Origin: an uncultured virus (IMG/VR IMGVR_UViG_3300032011_003340)
Taxonomy: Duplodnaviria > Heunggongvirae > Uroviricota > Caudoviricetes
DNA length: 61,829 nucleotides
Virus record (IMG/VR): IMGVR_UViG_3300032011_003340
Strand: one strand, 5' to 3'
Shown in pieces: positions 38,302 through 49,047 of this stretch; the stretch's first letter is position 1; each line of letters starts with the position of its first letter. Made by a program: the position numbers and the translations under genes. The notes under the pieces were generated by a model that searched no databases, was not told where the DNA came from, and was given only the letters and a program-made list of their open reading frames with translations.

Positions 38302-40756
38302 AACAAAAGAAGATTTACTTAAGTTACAATATGAGTATGACAATAATATACTCCCTGAAACTCCAAAAGAAAAGATGGTAGTTAATCCATCTATTGCTTA
38401 TTTGGTTTCTGATAATGATATTAAAAATTCTATTCCTGATAGTCATATTTTAAAAAGGGTAGAACATATATATGGTAAGTTAAGTAGATTTTCTACAGAT
38501 TATACACCCGTAAGTAATTTAAATTGGGATTATTTATTTTTTACAAATTCTAAATTATTTAGCCCTGCTGGAAATGCTTTTATGAAAAGCTTAAAAGCAA
38601 CTAAAGGAACTAAACTTAAGCCTTCATATACTAAATTTCTTCCTGGGACTAAAGTACATAAGAAATTTTGGGAAGAAGAGTTTTTAAGAATAATAAATGG
38701 ATATGAACCTCTTATAAATGGTAAACCTTGTGGTATAAGAATACCAGGGGAATTTTATTTTTATCTTAATTATGGATGGATGCAAAAAGTTCATATTGAT
38801 GAGGAAACAGAAGAAGTAACTGATATGTCAGGTGTTCCTGATTTTCTTGTTATGGATTACTATTATTACAAAGAATTAGAAGCGCGAGAAAATCCTAAGT
38901 TATATAATTTACCTCGTGAATATAAACAATCCTTATCTGTTACTAAATCTAGACGTTTAGGTTATAGTTATAAAGCAGGTTCAGGAGCAGTATGGTGTAC
39001 TGCATTTAAAAACAAAGCAAAAGTTCTTATTGCATCTGCCCAAGGAAAAGATGCTACCTTATGCTTTCAGAAGTCACTTGATATAATAGATCACATATCT
39101 AAGTATACTCCTTTTGGTAGAAAAAATCCAGGTAGACCACAAGATAATGGTGGATGGAAACATTTAACAATGAGTAAAACAAAAGATAGTGGTAATTTTA
39201 CTTTTGGGTTACTTAATACAAGAACTGGAGAACGATCCGGTAGACAAAGTGAAATAGCAACAGCTTCTTTATTTAATAAACCAGATGCTGCATCAGGTGA
39301 AGGACTTACTAGACTATATATTGAAGAGGCAGGTAAGATTTCTAATTTAGGAGACGCGTGGACATTTTCTAAAGAATCAATGAGAGTAGGTACTGTATAT
39401 AGAGCAGGTATTGCTATTATATTTGGTACAGGTGGTTCTATGATAACTGATAGTGGCAAAAGAGGATCATCACATGATTTTTCTAATATTAATGATAGAC
39501 CAGAAACAGTTGGTATAGCCGGATTTAGAAACATATATGAATACAAACCAACACAAAGAAAATGTGGTTATTTCGTAAGTGCTATGTGGGCTAACTTTGG
39601 ATGTAAAATTATGATTGATGGTAAATCATATAGGGGATTAGATAAAAATGGAAATGCTATATTTTGGGTTGCTGAATTAGCATTAAATCAAGAAAGATTA
39701 AGTAAAAAACCACCTTTAGGTAAAAAGAAAGATTATGATAAATTTCTTACACAAAGATGTAAAACCCCAGGTGAAGCATTTTTAATTACTCAAGGTAGTA
39801 GATTTCAAACAGAAGATTTAGTTGAACGTAGAACAGAAATAGCTACATCTAAAGGAGGATTTGAATCATTACGAATGCCGGGAGAATTGGTGGAAATAGG
39901 CGGTAGAATTGAATTTATTCCTAAGCCGAATGAAGAACCACTATTGAATACTTTTAACGAGTCTGAGCGAGAAGGATGTTTTTTAAGATATGAACCTCCT
40001 CAGAAAATTAGAGGAGATGTACCAGAAGATGCTTATATTATATCTGTTGACCCTATTGGTCAAAATACAAATGCGGGTAAATCATTAAGTGCTATTATTG
40101 TTTATAAAACACGAAAGTATGAACAATGGATTGGACCTGAGAAAATAGTTGGAATATACTTTGGTAGAAAAAGAATGAATCCACAAGGATATGTACATAG
40201 ATTATTATTAAAACTATCTAAATATTACAACGCTAAGATAACAGTTGAGAATGATAGAGATGGAGGTATTCCTCAATTTTTTATACGTAAGGGTGAAGCA
40301 TCTAGATTAATGGGACCACCTATTACAACACTAGAAAAAATAATGCCGGGTAGTAAAACTAATCGTAGGGCTTATGGACATGCAATGTCTAGTGTACGAC
40401 ATAAACAAATAGGTGAAGATTTATTATATGAGTGGTTAGATCAACGTGGAGTGAATACTAATTATTACGATACAGAAGATGGTGAAAAAGTAATTAAGAA
40501 AGGTGTTCGTAATATAGATAGATTAGAAGATCAATTGCTAATTGAACAATTAATAAACTATGAGAGATCCGGTAACTACGATTTAGTTATGGCAATGATG
40601 GGTATTGTAGTTCAATTAAAAGAATGGTATGACCCTGAAGAAGATAATTCATGGGAAGAGAATAGTATTTCAGATCAATTACTTGAGTGGAGAATGGAAC
40701 GATATGGAAGCTATGAAGAAAAAATGAAAAACATAAATAAAAAGTTTAAATTATAA
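38294..40756 (+). CDS. terL: Terminase large subunit (crAss-like)
   Basis: G.FYFYLNY, KSRRLGYSY Walker A, LYIEEAG Walker B, FGTGG, ISVDP nuclease motif, GNYDLVMA. Confidence 0.92.
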   Translation: MYKTKEDLLKLQYEYDNNILPETPKEKMVVNPSIAYLVSDNDIKNSIPDSHILKRVEHIYGKLSRFSTDYTPVSNLNWDYLFFTNSKLFSPAGNAFMKSLKATKGTKLKPSYTKFLPGTKVHKKFWEEEFLRIINGYEPLINGKPCGIRIPGEFYFYLNYGWMQKVHIDEETEEVTDMSGVPDFLVMDYYYYKELEARENPKLYNLPREYKQSLSVTKSRRLGYSYKAGSGAVWCTAFKNKAKVLIASAQGKDATLCFQKSLDIIDHISKYTPFGRKNPGRPQDNGGWKHLTMSKTKDSGNFTFGLLNTRTGERSGRQSEIATASLFNKPDAASGEGLTRLYIEEAGKISNLGDAWTFSKESMRVGTVYRAGIAIIFGTGGSMITDSGKRGSSHDFSNINDRPETVGIAGFRNIYEYKPTQRKCGYFVSAMWANFGCKIMIDGKSYRGLDKNGNAIFWVAELALNQERLSKKPPLGKKKDYDKFLTQRCKTPGEAFLITQGSRFQTEDLVERRTEIATSKGGFESLRMPGELVEIGGRIEFIPKPNEEPLLNTFNESEREGCFLRYEPPQKIRGDVPEDAYIISVDPIGQNTNAGKSLSAIIVYKTRKYEQWIGPEKIVGIYFGRKRMNPQGYVHRLLLKLSKYYNAKITVENDRDGGIPQFFIRKGEASRLMGPPITTLEKIMPGSKTNRRAYGHAMSSVRHKQIGEDLLYEWLDQRGVNTNYYDTEDGEKVIKKGVRNIDRLEDQLLIEQLINYERSGNYDLVMAMMGIVVQLKEWYDPEEDNSWEENSISDQLLEWRMERYGSYEEKMKNINKKFKL

Positions 40757-40762
40757 TTATCA

Positions 40763-43486
40763 ATGAAGTATTTTTTAAATCAACGTATTTCTTCTAAAAA
40801 GAAGAATAAGAAATGGAGAGAAAAAATGGTTGATTACCATGTCGAGTTATCTTATTCTTGGTCAGATGAATGGGAAAAGATTGAAGAAAATTATGCTCTT
40901 AAGAATAATCAATTAAATCGTAGTGAAATTGCGAGTATATGTAAAGGGTTGGGTACTGAGGAACATTCCGATGTATTTATTAATGCATATAATAAAACAC
41001 ATAATATTATTGATGCTCATAAAGGTGAAGAATGGAATAGACCTTTTTCTTTTAGTATTATTAATAACTCTAAACGAACAGTAGATAAATTAGAAAGAGA
41101 TAAAAGAAGAGAAATAGAAGAGATAGCAAATGAAATATTTAAAGTTGAATCAGAAAGACAAATTGAACTCTATAAAATTGAAGAGCAAAGAATAAAAGGT
41201 TCAATGGATGAGCAACAGGCTCAAGGAGAAATAGAAAAGTTACAAGCAAGATATGATAAATTATATGGAGAAATAGCTGATCCAAAAACAGTATTTGATA
41301 AATATAAAAATATAACAACAGCAGAGGAAATAGCAATGAGTAGAATCATGAAAATGATTTCAGATAAGCTCAATTTAAAATTTGTAAAGAATCAAACCTT
41401 TGAAGATGCTATTATAGCAGGAAGAGAGGCTGTTGAAATTTATTCTCTTCATGAAAATGACTTACCTAGAGTTAGGCAAATAAACCCCTTAAATTTATTC
41501 TTTCAAAAATCACCAGATGTAATGTGGATACAAGATGCAGATTTTGCAGGGTATTCAGAATTACAAACTGTTGATAAAGTGATTGAAGAATATGGTGAGT
41601 TTATAACAAAAGAGGAATATAAAAAACTAACAGAAACAGGACCATACTTTGGAGATTTAAAAGGATTAAATCATCCTTTCTCGGTAGATAAAAATAATAA
41701 ACAGCCATCTGAAGATAGAGAAGTTCGTAATTTTAAAAACCTTCCTCGTGATCAAAACTCATTAAATGCAGAAGATTATATTCTTTCTGATATGGGTAAC
41801 AATGGTTATATAGGAACAGATTATGTTAATAGATTAGGATTGAATGCTACTGATACTCGTACTAATAAATTACGTGAATATATAAATGTATATACAATAT
41901 ATTGGAAGTCTCAACGTAAATTAGGAAAATATTCTTTTATTAATGAGTATGGTGAACCAGATATAACTTATGTTGATGAATCATTTAGCATTCCTAGAAG
42001 TGCAAGAAAAGAAACAGTATCAAACGGTTATACTAAAAATAAAGTAATTTATAACTGGGTAGATAAAAAGGATACTACCAAACAATTTTCTTTAGAATGG
42101 ATATGGGTTCCTGAAGTATGGAAAGGTATCAGAATAGGTCAAGATATATATTGTCAAATAGGGCCCGTTAAACATGCGTATCAATCATTATTAAATCCTT
42201 ATGATGTTAAATTACCAATATACGGACATGTATATAATAATAGGAATGCATATAGCATTTCCTTAATGGATAGAATGAAACCCTGGCAGAAACTATACTA
42301 TGTTATAATGGCTAGGATGTTAAAACTAATTAGTCAAGATAGAGGTGTATTAACTTTTATTAATATACACATGCTTGATAAAAATTTAGGTTTCAAAGAG
42401 GCATTAAGAGTTGCTGAAGATAATGGTATAATCCCTTATAATCCATTAAGTAACTCTAAGGGGGCTGGTAATTTTGGTAATACAAATACCATGAAAGTAG
42501 CCGAACGTATTGACGCTACTAACTCAGGTGCAATTCAACATTATATTAATATTCTACAATTTATAGAACAAAATATTAAATTATCATCCGGAATGTCTGA
42601 TCAACGTTTAGCACAAACTAATGCGCGTATGACAGCTACTGATAATTATAGAGACACAATGCACTCTATTAATATAACTGAACCATTACATGCAGCACAT
42701 GATTTATTGTGGCAGGATGTATTACAAGGAATGATGGAAATGACATTATCTGTTTTAAGTGAATCTACAGGTAAGATAAGAGGGTTTCTTAATGATGAAG
42801 AAAAAGTACTTGTAAATTTAGATTTATTAACATTAGAAGATAATTTTAAACTCAGAGTAGCTGATAATTCTAAAGCATTTAAAATACTTGAACAAGCTAA
42901 ACAACTTAGTCATGCTCTTGTACAAAATGATAAAGCAAGTCTTGATACATTGATTGAATTAATGGAAACTGAAAATCTCAGTGAATTTAAACATATTGTT
43001 AAAGAGATTGAAGAAGAGAATAGACAACGTAGACAAGAATCTGAACAGGCTCAAAGAGATCATGAAAAAGAAATGGCTGAAATGGCTAGAAAACAATCTG
43101 AAGATGCTCAAATTGCAAGACTTGATGAAATATATCTTAAAGGTAGAATTGAATATCAAAAAGAATTAATGAAAGCTGAATTAAATGCTGCATCATTTGA
43201 TGAAGAAAAAGATTATAACAGAGATGGTATTCCTGATTATTTACAATGGGAACAATTACAACAAAAAGTAAATAATGAAAGTCGTAAAATAGATATAGAA
43301 GAATTTAAACTTGGAATGGAAGAACGTAAAGTTGAAAAAGAACAAGAATTTAAAATGAATGATTCTAAATTAAAATTAGAAAAAGAAGCATTAGATAGGC
43401 AAATGAAAGATCTTGAAATGCAACAAAAAGAAAGATTAGAGGCTATGAAAATAAAAGCCATAAAAGATAAAAATAAATCCAAATAA
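40763..43486 (+). CDS. Portal protein (crAss-like)
   Basis: 907 aa after terL; EVWKGIRIG, KLP..G, SLMDRMKPWQ.LY, coiled-coil C-terminus. Confidence 0.88.
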   Translation: MKYFLNQRISSKKKNKKWREKMVDYHVELSYSWSDEWEKIEENYALKNNQLNRSEIASICKGLGTEEHSDVFINAYNKTHNIIDAHKGEEWNRPFSFSIINNSKRTVDKLERDKRREIEEIANEIFKVESERQIELYKIEEQRIKGSMDEQQAQGEIEKLQARYDKLYGEIADPKTVFDKYKNITTAEEIAMSRIMKMISDKLNLKFVKNQTFEDAIIAGREAVEIYSLHENDLPRVRQINPLNLFFQKSPDVMWIQDADFAGYSELQTVDKVIEEYGEFITKEEYKKLTETGPYFGDLKGLNHPFSVDKNNKQPSEDREVRNFKNLPRDQNSLNAEDYILSDMGNNGYIGTDYVNRLGLNATDTRTNKLREYINVYTIYWKSQRKLGKYSFINEYGEPDITYVDESFSIPRSARKETVSNGYTKNKVIYNWVDKKDTTKQFSLEWIWVPEVWKGIRIGQDIYCQIGPVKHAYQSLLNPYDVKLPIYGHVYNNRNAYSISLMDRMKPWQKLYYVIMARMLKLISQDRGVLTFINIHMLDKNLGFKEALRVAEDNGIIPYNPLSNSKGAGNFGNTNTMKVAERIDATNSGAIQHYINILQFIEQNIKLSSGMSDQRLAQTNARMTATDNYRDTMHSINITEPLHAAHDLLWQDVLQGMMEMTLSVLSESTGKIRGFLNDEEKVLVNLDLLTLEDNFKLRVADNSKAFKILEQAKQLSHALVQNDKASLDTLIELMETENLSEFKHIVKEIEEENRQRRQESEQAQRDHEKEMAEMARKQSEDAQIARLDEIYLKGRIEYQKELMKAELNAASFDEEKDYNRDGIPDYLQWEQLQQKVNNESRKIDIEEFKLGMEERKVEKEQEFKMNDSKLKLEKEALDRQMKDLEMQQKERLEAMKIKAIKDKNKSK

Positions 43487-43511
43487 CTAATTAACTAACT
43501 AACTAACTAAA

Positions 43512-45080
43512 ATGAATAAAACAACTGAAATTATTTTACATGGGGTTAATACCCTTGCTAATACCGTCAAACAAACATTAGGTACTAAAGGTAGAACAAT
43601 TTTATTTAATGATGAAAACAATAGAACACATATAACAAAAGATGGTGTTACTGTTGCAAGACATATAATGTCAGCTGATGATTATGAGAATATGGTTATT
43701 ACTGTATTAAGAGAAGCATCGTTAAAAACCATGAAATCAAGTGGTGACGGCACCACTACAACAATGATATTGGCACAGTATATTCTTACTGAGGGACTTA
43801 AATTAATTGATAACGGGTTAAGTTATTATGAATTAAGTAAACAGATTGATAAAGCTGTTCAAAATGTTGTTGATTATGTAAATTATGATTCAATTAAAAT
43901 TGAAAACAATAAAGAACTATTAAAAGAAATAGCATCTATTTCATCCAATGATGAAAAGCTTGGTGAATTCATTTATTCTATAATTGATGATATTGGTTTA
44001 TATGGTGATATCGAAGTTAAGGAAAGTCAATACTCAGAAACACGTGTTAACAAAACAAAAGGTATGAAATTACATAAAGGTTGGATTGAAAACTTTATGG
44101 TTAACGATACTCGCGAAATGTGTTTTAAAGCAGATGATTGTCACATTCTTATTATTGACGATGTTATTCAAGCCGTAACTGATATTGATCAATATATTAA
44201 ACATTTAATGGGGAAACCTCTTGTAGTATTTTGTGAGGATATCACTGATATTACTCTTACTCAAATAGAAAAGTTTATGGGTGCTACAGGTAATCCTATT
44301 TGTTTTGTTACTAATGATGGACATGGAGATAGAAAGCATTTATTAATGAATGATTTGGCTGCATTAACTTCATCTTATGTTATAGGAGCACAGGATGATT
44401 TTGATCCTCGTAATCTAGGATTTGCTAAACAAGTAAAAGTAGACGAATGGTATACTTCTATCTTAGATGGTAATAACGATGAGGAATTAATTGAAGACAT
44501 AATTTATGACATTAAAGAAATACTATCAGATGATGATAATAGTGATGAAACACTTATAACAAAAGTAGATCGTAAATTTCATAAAAAAAGATTAGCTAAT
44601 TTAACAGGGGGAGTTGCAGTTATACATGTAGGGGGAAGAACTCACATGGAGATGAAAGAATTAAAGGATAGACTTGATGATGCAGTATTAGCAGTAGAAT
44701 CAGCTATTAAACAAGGTGTTAATGTAGGTGGTGGTTCTACTTATTTAAACTGTCAAAATACATTAAATAAAAGATGTAAAAAAGAATTATGCTTTGAACC
44801 AGGTTGTCAATTAATTATTGATTCATTAAGTGAACCCTTTAAACAATTATTAGTTAATGCAGATCTGTTTGATAACTATGAAACATATAAAGAAAAATTA
44901 ACTGATGGTTTTGCATTAGACTTAAGGGATAATAAATTATACAAATTATCTAATGCTAAATATAGAGTATACGATCCATCTTCGGTTCTTATTGACTCTT
45001 TAATTAATGCATCAACAGTTGCAAAATCATTATTATCAATAAAAGATATAATATTTGATGGTAAAAAATTAAGTGTATAG
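43512..45080 (+). CDS. groEL: Phage-encoded chaperonin GroEL (Cpn60)
   Basis: TLGTKGR, TKDGVTVA, GDGTTT, RLANLTGGVAVIHVGG, ELKDRLDDAV motifs. Confidence 0.93.
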   Translation: MNKTTEIILHGVNTLANTVKQTLGTKGRTILFNDENNRTHITKDGVTVARHIMSADDYENMVITVLREASLKTMKSSGDGTTTTMILAQYILTEGLKLIDNGLSYYELSKQIDKAVQNVVDYVNYDSIKIENNKELLKEIASISSNDEKLGEFIYSIIDDIGLYGDIEVKESQYSETRVNKTKGMKLHKGWIENFMVNDTREMCFKADDCHILIIDDVIQAVTDIDQYIKHLMGKPLVVFCEDITDITLTQIEKFMGATGNPICFVTNDGHGDRKHLLMNDLAALTSSYVIGAQDDFDPRNLGFAKQVKVDEWYTSILDGNNDEELIEDIIYDIKEILSDDDNSDETLITKVDRKFHKKRLANLTGGVAVIHVGGRTHMEMKELKDRLDDAVLAVESAIKQGVNVGGGSTYLNCQNTLNKRCKKELCFEPGCQLIIDSLSEPFKQLLVNADLFDNYETYKEKLTDGFALDLRDNKLYKLSNAKYRVYDPSSVLIDSLINASTVAKSLLSIKDIIFDGKKLSV

Positions 45081-45155
45081 GCTTAATTATGACAACTATT
45101 AAAATATAAATAAATAAAATATAACTTATTAATAACTAAATTACGTAAATTACAC

Positions 45156-46286
45156 ATGATTGATCCAAGTATCCCCGAAGAGGAAATGAATTTTGATTTT
45201 GGTCTTGATGATATTCTTAAGACAACAAATGAAGCTTCCTCCGAACCGACAGATAGTGAAAATACTTCCGATTTTATGGAAGATGTTCAACAAACTATCG
45301 AACATCATACTGCAGAGAATGAACCTGCAGTAGAAGAACAAGTTACTGAACAGCAACAACCATCATATAATAACGATGTTTATTCAGCTGCTTTAGATGT
45401 ATTGAGAGAAAATAACTTACTTAATATACCTGATGATATTGGGGATATTAATCAAGAGACATGGAATGACCTTATAGAACAGAATAAACAAAATCAACGG
45501 TCTGCTATTTTAAATGAAATGCGAATGAATGCAGCTGATCCTAAAATAACTGAATTATTTGATTATGTTTATCAAGGAGGATCGTGGCATGGATTTGAAG
45601 AAATGAAACAAACTATAAGTGATGAAATTAATATCGAATCATTGAATACTCAAGAAACAGATGATCAAAGATATTTAATTGATTCTTATTTAAGAGAAGG
45701 ATTAGATCCTCAAAACCCGGCACATCAACGAAGGATTGAAAATATTCCTAATGAGGTAGAAAATTATTTTGATAGATTAGAAGCAGAGGATATTGCCCAG
45801 GAGGCAAAAAATTATTTTTTAGGTAAAGTAAATGAACAAAAACAAATGGTTGCCTATCAACAACAACAAGCTCAACAACAAGAACTTCAATACCAACAAC
45901 AGCAAGCTCAACAACAACAAGAATGGATTAATGATTTTAGGCAAACATTAAATCAAAGAAATTGGTCTCAAAATAAAAAAAACAATGTTGTTAAACAATT
46001 TGATATTGTAGAATTAGATGATGGTAGAGAAATGGAAATGTGGAGATATAAATTTAATGAACTATGGAAAGATCCAAATTTAACACAAGTTTTTATAGAT
46101 TTTATTTCAGATCTTGATCCTCATACATTACAATTTAATTCAAGAGGAGTTCCGGTTAATAAACAAGTAACATCGACAATACAAAATTTAATAAACAGTA
46201 AAAAACAAAATAGATCAAAAGGTCAATATAGCGATAAAAGACAATCAAATTCTTCAGTTCAAAGAATTGACCCTCGAAATATTTAA
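45156..46286 (+). CDS. Putative capsid scaffold protein (acidic, Gln-rich)
   Basis: Acidic N-terminus, poly-Q tract, position between portal and MCP. Confidence 0.55.
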   Translation: MIDPSIPEEEMNFDFGLDDILKTTNEASSEPTDSENTSDFMEDVQQTIEHHTAENEPAVEEQVTEQQQPSYNNDVYSAALDVLRENNLLNIPDDIGDINQETWNDLIEQNKQNQRSAILNEMRMNAADPKITELFDYVYQGGSWHGFEEMKQTISDEINIESLNTQETDDQRYLIDSYLREGLDPQNPAHQRRIENIPNEVENYFDRLEAEDIAQEAKNYFLGKVNEQKQMVAYQQQQAQQQELQYQQQQAQQQQEWINDFRQTLNQRNWSQNKKNNVVKQFDIVELDDGREMEMWRYKFNELWKDPNLTQVFIDFISDLDPHTLQFNSRGVPVNKQVTSTIQNLINSKKQNRSKGQYSDKRQSNSSVQRIDPRNI

Positions 46287-46326
46287 AATTAATAATATTT
46301 ATTTTTATAATTAAACACATTTAACA

Positions 46327-47925
46327 ATGTCAGTAAAAACATTTGAAAATGCCAAATTTATCCATAATGGACAATTAAGACCTACCGTATTAACAGATGG
46401 TCTTTTGGCAACAGGTACAATTAAAGGACTTCACCTAAGTCAAGCTTTTGGAAGTACTGAAAATCTTGAAACCATAAATATGGGTTATGCTCAGATATTC
46501 TCTGCGACTAACCGTTATTATGGTAAACCAATGATTGGTATGACCGAAGCTAAAGGTAAAGTAAAAACAATTAATCGTTCAGGGTTCCGTTGGGAACTAT
46601 CAGGAGGTAATACACAAAAAGCTCGTATTACTCAAGTTCCATGTAATGATGCTAGACCTGGTCTTCACTTACAATCTTTTGATATTGTAGTTGATAAACC
46701 TTGGTTCAATGTATCAGATATCATAATTCCTCAGCATAATCAAAAATTATGTCGTGTAATGACTTATGGTAATGGTCAATCCCGTTCTCATCACCAAGTA
46801 GGCCCTAATGCATTTAGGTATACTATTCAATATGTTACTAATAACGGTAATGAATTCTTAGATCCTAAATATATTCAAGAAGGACAGGAATGGTGTAAAG
46901 TATCCGGTGCTGTAGCTACAGAAGATAATATTGATGCTGGTGGATTCCAGTTCTATTCAATTTTTGAAAGTGAAGGTCAAATTCAACAACATGCAATTAA
47001 AGTAGCTGTATCAGATAAAGCTGCTCGTAGATCTAAACAAGCTATGGACGGTAAAGGTGGAATGGACGAATATGGTAAATATTTGAAAATGCTTTGGGTT
47101 AAATATGAAGATAAAGTTACAGGTAAACCAATGGCTCGTTTTATGGCATTGTTAGATGCAGAAGCATTTAATGAATTATATCAAAACTGTGAATGGACGT
47201 TAGTATTTGGTAAAACATCTAATAACATGGTATCTCCTGAAGGTCATCAAATTTTAACAGCTTCAGGTTTACGTCAACAATTAGAATCAGGACATACATT
47301 AGAACATAATGGTGCTCTATCTCTTGAAGAGTTAGAAGATTGGTTTGATTCTATCATTAAAGATAAAATCTCTGAAGGCGAACAAAAAATTATATTATCT
47401 GCAGGACGTGAATTCCGTAAAATGTTTGATAAGATGATTAAAGCAGATGCTAAAGCATTTACAACTGTTGACTCATTATTCTTACGTAAAGGAGATAATT
47501 TCCGTCATATGGATTATGGTTCTTATTTTGCTAACTATAAAGGATTTACAGTTGATATTTCTGTAATGGAAAATCCAGCTTATGACAATCAATACTATTG
47601 TCCACAAATGCACCCAGTACGTACAAATGTACCTATTGATTCTTGGCGTGCAGATATCCTTGATTTTGGTTCTAGTAAACAACAAGGAACAGGTGGAGAA
47701 ACCGATAATATTTCAATGATTCAAGAATCTTATTGTAACTATAACATTAGCTATAATGGTAAATGGTATGGCGAACATGATGGTAAAACAGGAATGCCTA
47801 TTACTGACGGTGGCTTGGGTCAAGCTGGAGGTGTATCAGGATATTCTATTTCACGTGAAAAATCTGTTGGTCTTATGGTTGCTGATGTAACTCGTTGTGG
47901 TGCAATATTCTTATCATTTGATTAA
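46327..47925 (+). CDS. Major capsid protein (crAss-like)
   Basis: 532 aa; FRWEL, SGLRQQL, NPAYD motifs; biased codon use; synteny. Confidence 0.8.
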   Translation: MSVKTFENAKFIHNGQLRPTVLTDGLLATGTIKGLHLSQAFGSTENLETINMGYAQIFSATNRYYGKPMIGMTEAKGKVKTINRSGFRWELSGGNTQKARITQVPCNDARPGLHLQSFDIVVDKPWFNVSDIIIPQHNQKLCRVMTYGNGQSRSHHQVGPNAFRYTIQYVTNNGNEFLDPKYIQEGQEWCKVSGAVATEDNIDAGGFQFYSIFESEGQIQQHAIKVAVSDKAARRSKQAMDGKGGMDEYGKYLKMLWVKYEDKVTGKPMARFMALLDAEAFNELYQNCEWTLVFGKTSNNMVSPEGHQILTASGLRQQLESGHTLEHNGALSLEELEDWFDSIIKDKISEGEQKIILSAGREFRKMFDKMIKADAKAFTTVDSLFLRKGDNFRHMDYGSYFANYKGFTVDISVMENPAYDNQYYCPQMHPVRTNVPIDSWRADILDFGSSKQQGTGGETDNISMIQESYCNYNISYNGKWYGEHDGKTGMPITDGGLGQAGGVSGYSISREKSVGLMVADVTRCGAIFLSFD

Positions 47926-47962
47926 TAAAATACATTTCATAATTTAAAAACTAACTAAAAAA

Positions 47963-49045
47963 ATGACTAAATATATTAAAGAAGATAACAGAAAAATTAG
48001 AATTGAACCTAATCCTTATCGAAATATTAAGCAAAAGTTTAAAATGAAAACTAAAAAGCTTAGTGGCGGTCAACCTGTAGTTAATTTGCAAGGTAATCCT
48101 GTGTATACAGAAGTTACACCTGAATCACTATATAGAGTTCCGGGGACAAGTAAAAGAGTTGCCCCAGCAAGAACTCAAAAGGGATTAAATACAGGACTTG
48201 ATATGCTAGTTACAAACCCATATAAAGATGTTAATTCATATACACCTGAATGGGAAGTAGTATTAAAAGGAAAGGAAAAGGTTCTTTTACAACATATTTT
48301 AGAGTATGAGTGTGGATATTCTTTGGATTATCTAACTCATCGTATTCCTAATGGAGTAGTTGCTTCAGATAAAGTTGATAAAAGGTTCTTTGAAACTGTT
48401 GAATCTAAACCTAGATTAGATGGTAATGTAACATTTCTGCATCTTTCAAACCCTATTCATAAAGTTAATTACTATACGCTATTGGCACATAAATCCGTTG
48501 CTAATACTTGGGATGAACTTATGGATGGTGGTAACGAAGAAGCTGAATGGTATATTGTTGATGATGAATCAAAACAAAAACGTCAGAAGTCTAAATCAAT
48601 GCGTGTAGTTGAAGGTGGTGCTGCTTTAAAAGAATTAATGGATAGTAATTCAGATTCTATAATCACAATGACTAAAGCATTAGAATTATCAGAGGCTTCT
48701 GATCGCAATATAACTAAAGATAAAGCATTTAATATTATATATAATTATTATAATAAAAGTATTAAATCTTTTGATCAGTTTATTGAAATATATAATTTGT
48801 GGAAAGACCCTGTTGTCGGTAGAAATAAATTTATTGCAATGGGTGATTTATTTGATTATCAAAATCAAGGTTTAGTTGCTTATAAAGGTGGAAGATATAC
48901 TTGGTACAAAACAATCCCTGGTGAACCGGCTGAAACATTTACATTCAATGGTAAAATGAATTTTATTGTTGAGTTTTTATTGGATCCGGCAAATCAAGAA
49001 AATGTAGAAATGCTTCAGGAAGAATACGAAAGTAAAATTAAATAA
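47963..49045 (+). CDS. Conserved crAss-like structural-module protein (after MCP)
   Basis: TGLD, L.LSNP, EFLLDPANQE pattern; synteny. Confidence 0.6.
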   Translation: MTKYIKEDNRKIRIEPNPYRNIKQKFKMKTKKLSGGQPVVNLQGNPVYTEVTPESLYRVPGTSKRVAPARTQKGLNTGLDMLVTNPYKDVNSYTPEWEVVLKGKEKVLLQHILEYECGYSLDYLTHRIPNGVVASDKVDKRFFETVESKPRLDGNVTFLHLSNPIHKVNYYTLLAHKSVANTWDELMDGGNEEAEWYIVDDESKQKRQKSKSMRVVEGGAALKELMDSNSDSIITMTKALELSEASDRNITKDKAFNIIYNYYNKSIKSFDQFIEIYNLWKDPVVGRNKFIAMGDLFDYQNQGLVAYKGGRYTWYKTIPGEPAETFTFNGKMNFIVEFLLDPANQENVEMLQEEYESKIK

Positions 49046-49047
49046 AT

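Noticed and set aside
38294..40756. Intein or intron in terminase
   Set aside because: Continuous ORF with no C...HN splice motifs or LAGLIDADG seen; length is plausible for a crAss-like TerL.
45855..45921. CAA-rich tandem repeat
   Set aside because: Encodes the poly-Q tract of the scaffold-like protein.
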